This document shows, piece by piece, positions 56,369 to 64,000 of a DNA stretch of 64,000 nucleotides. Every line of letters starts with the position of its first letter. The stretch's first letter is position 1. Position numbers and translations under genes: made by a program. Origin of the DNA: Candidatus Sumerlaeales bacterium (GTDB taxonomy: Bacteria > Sumerlaeota > Sumerlaeia > Sumerlaeales > Sumerlaeaceae); contig JBBSQY010000009.1 in the NCBI GenBank assembly GCA_038243585.1, forward strand, positions 10,858 through 74,857. Direction: 5' to 3'. Under the pieces are notes generated by a model that saw nothing but the letters and a program-made list of their open reading frames with translations, was not told the origin of the DNA and did not search any database.

Positions 56369-56387
56369 TAGCAGAATTTGCTACTAG
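56365..56387. terminator. Perfect 9-bp hairpin overlapping the HU/IHF stop codon, between convergent genes
   Basis: The hairpin is CTAGTAGCA-GAATT-TGCTACTAG. There is no strong U-tract on either side. Confidence 0.4.
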
Positions 56388-56449
56388 CATACAACACAAA
56401 AGAAATGAACACCTGCATTGCTGAAAACCGATGATCCTTGGCGTGGGCG

Positions 56450-57583
56450 TTAACGACTTTCGGCTAAGATTTTCTGATAAACATTTAGCACCCCATTTAC
56501 CATAGCATCATTAGTAAACCGATCCATTACAGTTTTGCGCCCGGCCGATCGAAACTCATTTCGCTGAGCGCCATTTTCGATTAGTTTAAACAATTGATCA
56601 GCCAGGGCTCTGGGATTTTTCGGTGGCGCTAGTAATCCGTTTTCCCCATGTATTACAATTTCCGGTATTCCCCCGGTCCGGGTGGCGACTACCGGCACCC
56701 CGGCACTCATGGCGTCCAGAATGCTTGTGCAAAGCCCTTCCATATGTGAAGACATGACAAAGATGTCTGCCGCCGGATACAAGCTGGACAGATTGCTTAT
56801 GTAGCCTGCGAATAGCACCTCTTTCTCTAGTCCCAGTTTCAAGCTCAGCGCTTTTAGTTCTTCTTCCAATTCGCCGCTCCCGGCGATTATGAGGCGAAAT
56901 GCCATGCCTTCCCGCTTTAGCAGGGCCGCGGCTTGAAGAAGTGTTGCCTGATCTTTGTGATCCGTCAGCGCTGCGGCGTTTACCAGTAGCGGAACGCCCG
57001 GCCCGGCTCCCCAGCCGCGGGCCAGTTCTTCGTCTCGCGTCTGACCGCGTATGGGAAAGCGATCGGGATCAACGCCGCTGTAGACCACGTGTATCTTCGA
57101 AGGGTTGATATCGCTCTCGATCAGCACATCTTTTATCGCATGAGAAATGGCGATGTAACGCACCGCAGGATGCAGATATTTTCGCCGGGAAAACCAGTTG
57201 CTCCCGACACGAAAATCCACCCGGCGCGACACGACCAGCGGAAGATTTAACTTTCGGGCGGCTCGCAGGGCCAGGGTGTGGGCGTGGCTGGTTTGTGCGT
57301 GGATCAGGTCCGCGTTTATCTCCCGGGCAGCGCGGGCGATCAGGCGCGATGCCGCGATATCCCATTCTCCCCACCGTACCGGCATGGGCGCGCCGATGCC
57401 GGCAGCCTCCCTGTCGGCCAGCAATCGAGCGCCGAGGGGAGACAATACTTTCACCACGTGGCCGCGCCGGACAAGACCGTCAGTTACCAGTTTAACCTGC
57501 TGCTCGCCGCCGCGCCAGCCGGTCTCCGTGCTCACGTGGAGGATTGATAATGGGGCGCCAGTCACGCGGAAAATGGAGCCCAT
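56450..57583 (-). CDS. Glycosyltransferase family 4 (GT-B, RfaG-like)
   Basis: EX7E region: SSHMEGLCTSILDAMSAGVPVVATRTGGIPEIVIHGENGLL. N-terminal motif: GGEQQV. Confidence 0.88.
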   Translation of the reverse strand: MGSIFRVTGAPLSILHVSTETGWRGGEQQVKLVTDGLVRRGHVVKVLSPLGARLLADREAAGIGAPMPVRWGEWDIAASRLIARAAREINADLIHAQTSHAHTLALRAARKLNLPLVVSRRVDFRVGSNWFSRRKYLHPAVRYIAISHAIKDVLIESDINPSKIHVVYSGVDPDRFPIRGQTRDEELARGWGAGPGVPLLVNAAALTDHKDQATLLQAAALLKREGMAFRLIIAGSGELEEELKALSLKLGLEKEVLFAGYISNLSSLYPAADIFVMSSHMEGLCTSILDAMSAGVPVVATRTGGIPEIVIHGENGLLAPPKNPRALADQLFKLIENGAQRNEFRSAGRKTVMDRFTNDAMVNGVLNVYQKILAESR

Positions 57584-58695
57584 CTGCCGGATTCACCGAT
57601 TATTTTAAGGGCTGCCTGGGCCACTTCATATCCATCTATATTGTCCATGCACGGGTGGTTAATGGGGCATGTTTCCAGGAAACAGGGAGAACAGGGGACA
57701 GGGTGGTTCACCAGCGCATAAGCAGCTTCCCAGGGACGGGTGCTGACCCGGTCTGTCGGTCCGAATATGGCGACGGTCGGCACCTGGCGGGCGGCCGCCA
57801 CATGCATGGGGCCGCTGTCATTGGTTATCAAAACGGAAAGCCTGCTGATAAGTGCCGGTAATTCCCTCAGAGATACCTTTTCACCCAGCCTATGGATCGG
57901 CACCTTTGTCGCCGTCTCCACTTCATCGTTCAGGTGCTTTTCATTGGGGGCGGCCGTGCTGACAAACGCCCAGTCAGAGCGGTACAACCCGTCGACAACA
58001 TGTCCCAAACGGGTAGCGGACCAGCGTTTTGCAGGACCATGAGCAGCGCCCGGATTGATGCCGATCAGTAGCTTCCCCATGATGCCTGCCTCGCGAAGCA
58101 GCGTAGCCACTTTGCGTTCCGCTTCGCTGTTGAGAGGCAGTACCAGTTTGTAGTTTGTCAGCGGCTGGCTGATATCTGAAGCGCCGACTGCGGCAATAGT
58201 CGCGTGAGCGATGTCCAGGTAATACTCAACCATGTGCCTGGGAAGGCCCGGCTGCGGAGTTCCTTTAATGCTGCGCCTGCTCAGAGGCTGCGGCGTGGGA
58301 GAAGTCCATTGCAAAGGTTGATACGGAAGCTTGTCGGTCAGGAGAATGCCACGGCTCTCCCGGTCAAAGCCAATACGCCGGGGAATGCCCAGGCGAAACG
58401 CCATCCACGCGCTGCCCAGAGAGTTGGTCATAAGGGCAATCGCATCATATTTTGTGTGACGAATTTGCACCCTAATATCCGACGGCATCTTTTTATCTGT
58501 GGCTGCAATTACAGTGGTGATGTGGGGGTTGTCCTGTAGGATTCCCGCGACGGAAGGCCTGCAAAGCACGTCGATGGTCGCATCCGGAAAAGCCGCCCGC
58601 AGAAGCGCCAGAGCAGGGGTAGCCATTACGCAATCGCCTACCCAGTTCGGCATTTTGACAAGAATACGGGTCACTGCTTTTGCTGCCGTTCCCAC
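57562..58695 (-). CDS. Glycosyltransferase family 9 (LPS heptosyltransferase, WaaF/WaaC-like)
   Basis: ILVKMPNWVGDCVMATPAL, GINPGAAHGPAKRW, ITNDSGPMHVAAA, VAIFGPT. It overlaps the downstream GT4 gene by 22 nt. Confidence 0.85.
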   Translation of the reverse strand: MGTAAKAVTRILVKMPNWVGDCVMATPALALLRAAFPDATIDVLCRPSVAGILQDNPHITTVIAATDKKMPSDIRVQIRHTKYDAIALMTNSLGSAWMAFRLGIPRRIGFDRESRGILLTDKLPYQPLQWTSPTPQPLSRRSIKGTPQPGLPRHMVEYYLDIAHATIAAVGASDISQPLTNYKLVLPLNSEAERKVATLLREAGIMGKLLIGINPGAAHGPAKRWSATRLGHVVDGLYRSDWAFVSTAAPNEKHLNDEVETATKVPIHRLGEKVSLRELPALISRLSVLITNDSGPMHVAAARQVPTVAIFGPTDRVSTRPWEAAYALVNHPVPCSPCFLETCPINHPCMDNIDGYEVAQAALKIIGESGRWAPFSA

Positions 58696-59495
58696 AGCTT
58701 TGCATATTTCAGAAAAACGCTAAAAGCAGCCAGCATGCAGACGACAAGTCCAGCGCGGCCATCCAGAATTCCCAGTCGCATAATATACTGTTTAAAGAAC
58801 CGCCACAGGGGGCGTCCCAGCAGATGGACAGCGCTGACTCGCGGGGTTTTTCGGGCGCGATCTCCAGCTGCCCAAGTGGTATAGCGGTCAAACTTTTTCA
58901 TATATTGGGCAAAGCTGTCGAACGTGTAATGAGGCATACGGCTGCGGGCGATGCGAACACCGCCGCCGCCTTCCACGATGGCGTCGGCGTGTACTTCCCG
59001 GTCGAGATACCGGGTCTTGTCGCGGGGGAAAACTCTTAGAACGCTGTCGTCCTGCCACCCGCAATAGCGGATGCGTTTGCCCATAAAAAAGTTCGCCCGG
59101 TAAATCCGCATGGAGGAATCGGTGCCAGGGTCCGCCAGAAAAGCCTCGATTTCTGAGCGAAGTTCAGGAGTAATTCGTTCGTCCGCATCCAGGACCATTA
59201 CCCATTCGTGAGCAGCTTGCGGAATGGACCAGTTCTTTTGAGTGGCGCTGTTTACATACTCGTGCTGCAGCAGCCGTGCACCCATGTCTTCCGCGATCGT
59301 GTGCGTGGCGTCGGTGCTGTGAGAATCCACTACGAGCACTTCATCCGCCCACGCGGCGCTCGTTATGGCGTCGCGGATGTTGCGCTCCTCATTAAAGGTT
59401 GGGATAAGAATTGTGAGCTTTGGTTGGATGAGCAATTTCCTTCTAGTACGCGGTCTGTTCAAAACGAAGGAAACGCACGACGAGCATACTGGCAA
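58671..59495 (-). CDS. Glycosyltransferase family 2
   Basis: LTILIPTFNEERNI, VVDSHSTD, LDADE. The ATG at 59495 would overlap the lnt 3' end by 53 nt. A TTG near 59432 is an alternative start. Confidence 0.8.
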   Translation of the reverse strand: MPVCSSCVSFVLNRPRTRRKLLIQPKLTILIPTFNEERNIRDAITSAAWADEVLVVDSHSTDATHTIAEDMGARLLQHEYVNSATQKNWSIPQAAHEWVMVLDADERITPELRSEIEAFLADPGTDSSMRIYRANFFMGKRIRYCGWQDDSVLRVFPRDKTRYLDREVHADAIVEGGGGVRIARSRMPHYTFDSFAQYMKKFDRYTTWAAGDRARKTPRVSAVHLLGRPLWRFFKQYIMRLGILDGRAGLVVCMLAAFSVFLKYAKLWERQQKQ

Positions 59496-61281
59496 GGGTA
59501 ACTATCCATAGCCCAAGAGATCCGATGGCGACCCATTCGCCATATTGTACGCTAATGGTTTTGCCGCCGTCCGGGTGCAGTACAATTTCCTGCGAAATTG
59601 CGCCGCTCTGTCCGTAGGGTAGCGGCTCGCGATACTCGCCCTTCGCATCAATAAACGCGCTGACGCCGGTATTAGCACTACGCACTACGGGCATTCGAGT
59701 TTCAATCGCGCGAAACTGGGAATGCACAAAGTGTTGTTTGGGGCCGGCAGAGACCAGGTAATGAATCCCCGGAAACTCGAAAAGTGAGCCCCAGAGCCCT
59801 TCGCGGTCAATGGCATACTGCGGATCATACCAGCTATCGTTTGTCAGTACGCAGATGAACTGGGCTCCGGCTCGGGCCAAATGCCGGGTCAGATGATTGA
59901 AGGTGGATTCAAAACAAATAACGGCACCAAATTTGGCTCCGTCCACTTCGAATATCGTATTTTCGAGGCCCGGCATAAACGCGCCCGCTATGCCGGCAAC
60001 TTCCATATGATTGCGCAGCCAGGCGAAGCCAGCGACAAACGGAACCGTTTCTCCAAAAGGCACGAGCTGCATCTTGTTGTAAACGCGTGCCTCCAGGCCG
60101 TTCTCCGGAGACACCTGCCAAGCCGCGTTAGTAACGGCCATTGCCTTGGCAGTTTCAGCTGGCGTGGTCACATTGTCGATAGGGCGGGCTGGGGGAGCCG
60201 CGAGAGGCCAAATGGTGGGCTTATCGTCAGGCGACAGAAACCGTTGCCCGCCGGCGGCTGCTTCATCATAAAGCCGGCGATCGATCCGGTTGTCCGCACC
60301 AAAAAAAAGGTCGGCGTTGATCCGGCGCGAGAGACTGGTTAGCTCCTCATGAAGCGCGGTCTCGTAAGGAAAATATCCTGACAAAAAAACGGATTCCGGC
60401 AACACCACAAGGTCGACCTTGTCTTTTGTTGCGGCCTTGTCAATCAGGCTGCCCAAAGTCTCTTGCATCAGAATGTCGGTTTCCCGGTAGCGCTGCTGAT
60501 AAGCCGCATCCGTATCCCCCGGCAATCCCATCATGGCGTTCCATTTTGTGACCTGGGATATGCCTGGTTGAATGATGGCCACCTTTAAGGTTTGCCCCTG
60601 GTAATCATCGTCCAGATTGAACTCCCCTAACCAGAAAGTTACAATGATTCCGAAAAGGACCGGCAGAAGGATGGGCTTAAACCCACTGCCGAAGCCGGCT
60701 CGGCGGGAGAACCACTGAACGAGGCCGACGGCAAGAGCGGCATTAATCAAAGCTACCAAAAACGAAATCAGGTAAACGCCGCCAGTAGAGGCAAGTCCCA
60801 TGTGAATTTTGTTTATCGGGGCCTGGCTGTGACCCAGCAGGTTCCATGGAAACGCCATGTCGCTAAAGCCGCGCAGATACTCTACGGCGGTCCAGCAGGC
60901 CGCAATCGCCCAGGGACGGGCGGCGGGGGAGAGGTTCCTGCAGCACCAGGCCGCCGGAAAGGCAAATAGCAGAAAGAAGAGGGCACAATAAACAGCGCCG
61001 GCGACAACACCTAGCGGAATGATCCAGTGGAAAACAACGATGGTATGCAGCCAGAACAGGCTCAGATAGTACCAGGTAAACCCAAAAAGCAGTGTGCCCC
61101 ATGCCAGGGTTTTTCCCTCGATGTGGTGAATCGCGACAAACAAAGGAACCAGGGCCACCCATGCGAGGAGACCCAGCGCATCATGGTTAAAAAGCAGCGC
61201 GCCGAACAGCCCTGAGATAAAGCAAAGCAGAATCGCCGAGCGCGCTCGGATGGGTGAATCCTGTTGCGGAGCCGAACTCAA
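59443..61281 (-). CDS. lnt: Apolipoprotein N-acyltransferase (long form, 612 aa)
   Basis: A polytopic N-terminus is followed by a CN-hydrolase domain with VVLPES (Glu), AVICFES (Cys) and a C-terminal TM helix. Confidence 0.88.
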   Translation of the reverse strand: MSSAPQQDSPIRARSAILLCFISGLFGALLFNHDALGLLAWVALVPLFVAIHHIEGKTLAWGTLLFGFTWYYLSLFWLHTIVVFHWIIPLGVVAGAVYCALFFLLFAFPAAWCCRNLSPAARPWAIAACWTAVEYLRGFSDMAFPWNLLGHSQAPINKIHMGLASTGGVYLISFLVALINAALAVGLVQWFSRRAGFGSGFKPILLPVLFGIIVTFWLGEFNLDDDYQGQTLKVAIIQPGISQVTKWNAMMGLPGDTDAAYQQRYRETDILMQETLGSLIDKAATKDKVDLVVLPESVFLSGYFPYETALHEELTSLSRRINADLFFGADNRIDRRLYDEAAAGGQRFLSPDDKPTIWPLAAPPARPIDNVTTPAETAKAMAVTNAAWQVSPENGLEARVYNKMQLVPFGETVPFVAGFAWLRNHMEVAGIAGAFMPGLENTIFEVDGAKFGAVICFESTFNHLTRHLARAGAQFICVLTNDSWYDPQYAIDREGLWGSLFEFPGIHYLVSAGPKQHFVHSQFRAIETRMPVVRSANTGVSAFIDAKGEYREPLPYGQSGAISQEIVLHPDGGKTISVQYGEWVAIGSLGLWIVTLASMLVVRFLRFEQTAY

Positions 61282-62189
61282 TCGGTGAAAGCCCCGCCAG
61301 CGGGACCCTCAATCTGAAGCCGGGCGCAATCGACCGTATTGCGCATCAGCATGGCGATAGTCATCGGTCCGACGCCGCCAGGCACCGGCGTAATGGCACC
61401 AGCGACTTCCACCGCGGAATCAAAATCCACATCTCCCACAAGGCGAGTCCCGGATTTTGCGGTGGGATCATCGATGCGGTTGATGCCTACATCAATCACC
61501 GTCGCCCCCGGCTTCAGCCAGTCGCCTTTGACGAATCGTGGGACGCCCAGTGCCGCCACTACAATGTCCGCCTGGCGCACGATGGAGGGCAAATCTTTTG
61601 ATCGGCTATGGCAAACGCATACGGTAGCGTCGCCGCCTCGACCCTTGCGCATGAGCAGCTGCGCTATGGGTTTTCCGACAATATTGCTGCGGCCAAGCAC
61701 TACGGCCAGGGCACCATTTGTCTCAATGTTTTCGTGAAGCAGCATCTGGCGGATTCCCGCCGGGGTGCATGGAACAGGCGCGGGAATGCCGATGCTAAGA
61801 TTGCCCACGTTAATGGGATGAAAGCCGTCCACGTCTTTATCCGGACGAATTCGCAGCAGCAGTGCGTCTTCATTCAAGTGCCTGGGAACCGGGAGCTGGA
61901 GCAGGATTCCGTGAACGCGCGAGTCGTTGTTTAGGCGATCCAGTTCCGCTTCCAGGTCTTGCTGGCTTACGGTATCCGGCAGCTCGCGAATCTCGCTGTA
62001 CCAGCCCAGTTCCTGGCAGGCCTTGTGTTTGTTACGCACATAAACCTGGCTGGCGGCGTTGCTGCCGACAATGACGACTACCAGACCCGGCGTAACGCCA
62101 GTGCGGTCGGTGAATTCTTTGCCCAGTTGGGCGGCCTGTGCCCGAACGGCAACGGCGATGGCTTTTCCGTCTATCAGTTTAGCGGTCAT
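61278..62189 (-). CDS. folD: Bifunctional methylenetetrahydrofolate dehydrogenase / methenyl-THF cyclohydrolase
   Basis: MTAKLIDGKAIA, QVYVRNKHKAC, GILLQLPVP, DKDVDGFHPINVG, VVLGRSNIVGKP, PVPGGVGPMT. Its stop overlaps the lnt start by 4 nt. Confidence 0.95.
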   Translation of the reverse strand: MTAKLIDGKAIAVAVRAQAAQLGKEFTDRTGVTPGLVVVIVGSNAASQVYVRNKHKACQELGWYSEIRELPDTVSQQDLEAELDRLNNDSRVHGILLQLPVPRHLNEDALLLRIRPDKDVDGFHPINVGNLSIGIPAPVPCTPAGIRQMLLHENIETNGALAVVLGRSNIVGKPIAQLLMRKGRGGDATVCVCHSRSKDLPSIVRQADIVVAALGVPRFVKGDWLKPGATVIDVGINRIDDPTAKSGTRLVGDVDFDSAVEVAGAITPVPGGVGPMTIAMLMRNTVDCARLQIEGPAGGAFTD

Positions 62190-62265
62190 ATCACATCACG
62201 ATACGGATTTAAAGGCCGAGTATTCCGGCGGTGATATTCACAGGAGGCGCCTATGAGCGCTTCAG

Positions 62266-63159
62266 TTATGCTGCGAAGGTGAATGCGCAGATAACCACTA
62301 TGTCGCTGATGGCCCAAAGCTTTAGTGCGCGGTACATTCCCTTTTGGCTGGGATAGCCCTCGGTACGCCTCAGCCAGTCGATGGTAAAGATGATCCACGC
62401 ACCGCTCGAGCAGGCCAGTGCCGCATAACCCCAGACATTCATATTGATGGCCCACGCTGCTGCTATCTGACAAAAACCCGACGCAACCACCAGCGCCACC
62501 GAGAGCGCGAGTACATTTCTAGTGCCAAATCTCACAACCAGGGTTCTATCGCCTTTGGCCATGTCCTCGGCCAGTTGGTATATCTGCGTCATGGGGTAAA
62601 ACGCGCCGAAGAGAAACGCGAAACCAAAAGCCAGCCACACAATCGCGCTGAAAAGCCCTGGATGTTCCAAGCCTGTGCCAGGCGCAAGGGCACCAGCGGC
62701 AAAATTGAACGCGCCATAGCCGGCCATGTTGATAGCGAGATCGACACCCGGCACTGCTTTCAGGCGCAGGGGAGGAACGCTGTAAACCAGGCTTAGCAGG
62801 AAACAGGTGGCATACGTCCAGAAATATCCCCACGGCAGAGCAAATGCGCCTGCCAGTCCTAGAACCATAAGGTTGATCGAAGTATGCGCCAGAGTGGGAG
62901 GAGTTGGTGGCGGATCGTCCAGGTAGCCAATATCGCTGCCGACTTCGTCCTTATCAAACGCGCTGTTGACGGCGAGAGTGCCACCATTCAAAAAGATTGC
63001 CCAAAGGGCTCCTCCCGCCAGGTATTGGAGGACCATGCGAACGGTCAATTCCGGAGCGTGCCCCATGGCAATGGCGGCTCCGCCTGAAAAGTGAGCGAAC
63101 ACGATCGGCCAGGATTTGGGTCTCAGGTGGAGATATGTGGCATGTAGGTTAGAGGACAT
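62266..63159 (-). CDS. UbiA-superfamily prenyltransferase-like membrane protein
   Basis: There are 8-9 TM helices. First Asp-rich motif: NSAFDKDEVGSD. Second motif: YQLAEDMAKGDRTL. The substrate is unknown. Confidence 0.7.
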   Translation of the reverse strand: MSSNLHATYLHLRPKSWPIVFAHFSGGAAIAMGHAPELTVRMVLQYLAGGALWAIFLNGGTLAVNSAFDKDEVGSDIGYLDDPPPTPPTLAHTSINLMVLGLAGAFALPWGYFWTYATCFLLSLVYSVPPLRLKAVPGVDLAINMAGYGAFNFAAGALAPGTGLEHPGLFSAIVWLAFGFAFLFGAFYPMTQIYQLAEDMAKGDRTLVVRFGTRNVLALSVALVVASGFCQIAAAWAINMNVWGYAALACSSGAWIIFTIDWLRRTEGYPSQKGMYRALKLWAISDIVVICAFTFAA

Positions 63160-63218
63160 GAAGAATATAAAGTGGTTACCTTACTGACGGACAGGTGTTT
63201 GCAAATGCAAAAGTGGTG

Positions 63219-63497
63219 TCAGGAGTGTGAATCGATGATTTGAAGGTGGTCCCAGTAAGCTGCCACTATTTGTCCTGCCAGATCCGGGTCACCACAAAAA
63301 GCGGTCTTGTCCATACGCTGCCGCAGGCCCTCGTTATCTTTAAGCAGCTGCTCGGTCACGATAGGTGTCAGCGTAAAATGCGTCTGCCATAATTCTTCTT
63401 GCGTCAGAGAACGCAGGTCGGCCAGCTGTTTCTCCGTGAGATTCTGATTAAGCCAGAGAAAACACTCTGAAAGGGTTGTGGGACGATCGACGGTCAT
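63219..63497 (-). CDS. Hypothetical small protein (92 aa)
   Basis: A clean ORF with gene-like codon usage. I recognise no motif. Confidence 0.5.
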   Translation of the reverse strand: MTVDRPTTLSECFLWLNQNLTEKQLADLRSLTQEELWQTHFTLTPIVTEQLLKDNEGLRQRMDKTAFCGDPDLAGQIVAAYWDHLQIIDSHS

Positions 63498-63597
63498 GTC
63501 AGTTAGTTATGCTTCCGCAGAAAAACTATTGCGTGTAGGCAGGCATGGCGACGCATATGCAAATAAATACAATGGACAGCATCTGAGGAAACTTAAC

Positions 63598-64000
63598 ATG
63601 ATCATAACCAGATTCGCAGTCATTTTAACAGGAGCAATTATGTCTGTAACATTTGGTGCGCAGGCGGATACTGCAACTTCAGAGGTGGTCGTTAGAGACG
63701 ACGGCACTACCACCGTGGAACGACCCCCGGTGGAAACCGGAGAGTTTCTGGTAAGCGATCTTGTGGAAATCGTAAAAGTTGATCCACGGGTGATACTGGA
63801 TATACGCTATGCCACAACCAGCAATTTCGCGGGAGAAAAGGTTTATCCGGAGGCGCGGGCGTTTTTGCAGCGTCCTGCTGCGGAAGCTTTGAAGCGCGCT
63901 CATGATCGGCTGCAGGCGCAAGGCTATGGTATTATCATTTATGACGCCTATCGGCCATGGGACGTAACGAAGAAATTCTGGGATATAACTTCGCAGGACA
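63598..64000 (+). CDS. D-alanyl-D-alanine dipeptidase (VanX/DdpX, peptidase M15D), 3' end outside the window
   Basis: It is absent from the ORF track because there is no stop codon in the window. GAGGAA lies upstream of the ATG at 63598, and the N-terminus is a signal-like MIITRFAVILTGAIMSVTFGAQA. Family block: LDIRYATTSNFAGEKVYPEARAFLQRPAAEALKRAHDRLQAQGYGIIIYDAYRPW. Confidence 0.8.
   Translation, partial: MIITRFAVILTGAIMSVTFGAQADTATSEVVVRDDGTTTVERPPVETGEFLVSDLVEIVKVDPRVILDIRYATTSNFAGEKVYPEARAFLQRPAAEALKRAHDRLQAQGYGIIIYDAYRPWDVTKKFWDITSQD

Noticed and set aside
62190-62265. A possible ZTP (pfl) riboswitch, which is often found upstream of folD.
   Set aside because: Only 76 nt are available, and I could not find the conserved GGGUCGUGACUGGCG or CCGCCUGGGC elements on the minus strand.
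1-64000. A search for CRISPR arrays, tRNA/rRNA genes, transposases, integrases and known defence-system genes.
   Set aside because: I recognised none of these. The intergenic regions over 250 nt (7387-7640, 19059-19328, 20290-20565, 21403-21752, 31090-31424, 39247-39515, 43453-43907, 55796-56083) show no tRNA-like T-arm or acceptor patterns and no spaced direct repeats. A tRNAscan/Infernal run would be the decisive check.

Overview
This 64 kb window looks like ordinary chromosome from a moderately GC-rich Gram-negative bacterium. My guess, from gene content and intergenic repeat style only, is a PVC/Verrucomicrobiota-like lineage, with low confidence. I saw no rRNA, tRNA, CRISPR array, transposase, integrase or prophage gene. 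About 48 protein genes fill the window. Clearly recognisable housekeeping genes are mutL, uvrA, recJ, an SRAP/YedK peptidase, pnp, a DEAD-box helicase, gltB, folD, lnt, a cyclophilin and an HU/IHF protein. There is an LPS/envelope glycosyltransferase operon (GT4, GT9, GT2). Secreted carbohydrate-active enzymes include an NPCBM-GH27 alpha-galactosidase, a GH51 arabinofuranosidase and one unassigned hydrolase-like protein. An overlapping egtB-egtD pair encodes ergothioneine synthesis. Transporters are a DASS family protein and an MgtE-like protein. Several starts in the ORF track are too far upstream, and I corrected them using SD sites, signal peptides and the obligatory MCGR start of SRAP. I did not find an obvious defence island. 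The candidates for something undescribed are: (1) a translationally coupled ybjQ / TM-ybjQ / PrsW-like intramembrane protease cassette that carries a T10 tract inside the coding sequence; (2) an orphan GspE/PilB-type ATPase co-transcribed with a transmembrane dual-FHA protein and a Ppx/GppA phosphatase; (3) a second dual-FHA protein overlapping a PPP/ApaH-like metallophosphoesterase; (4) an untracked 45-codon gene for a secreted Cys-rich peptide, with its own SD site and terminator, divergent from egtBD; (5) Gly/Arg-rich disordered tails on both PNPase and the DEAD-box helicase. All functional calls come from motif recognition by eye. No database search was run.
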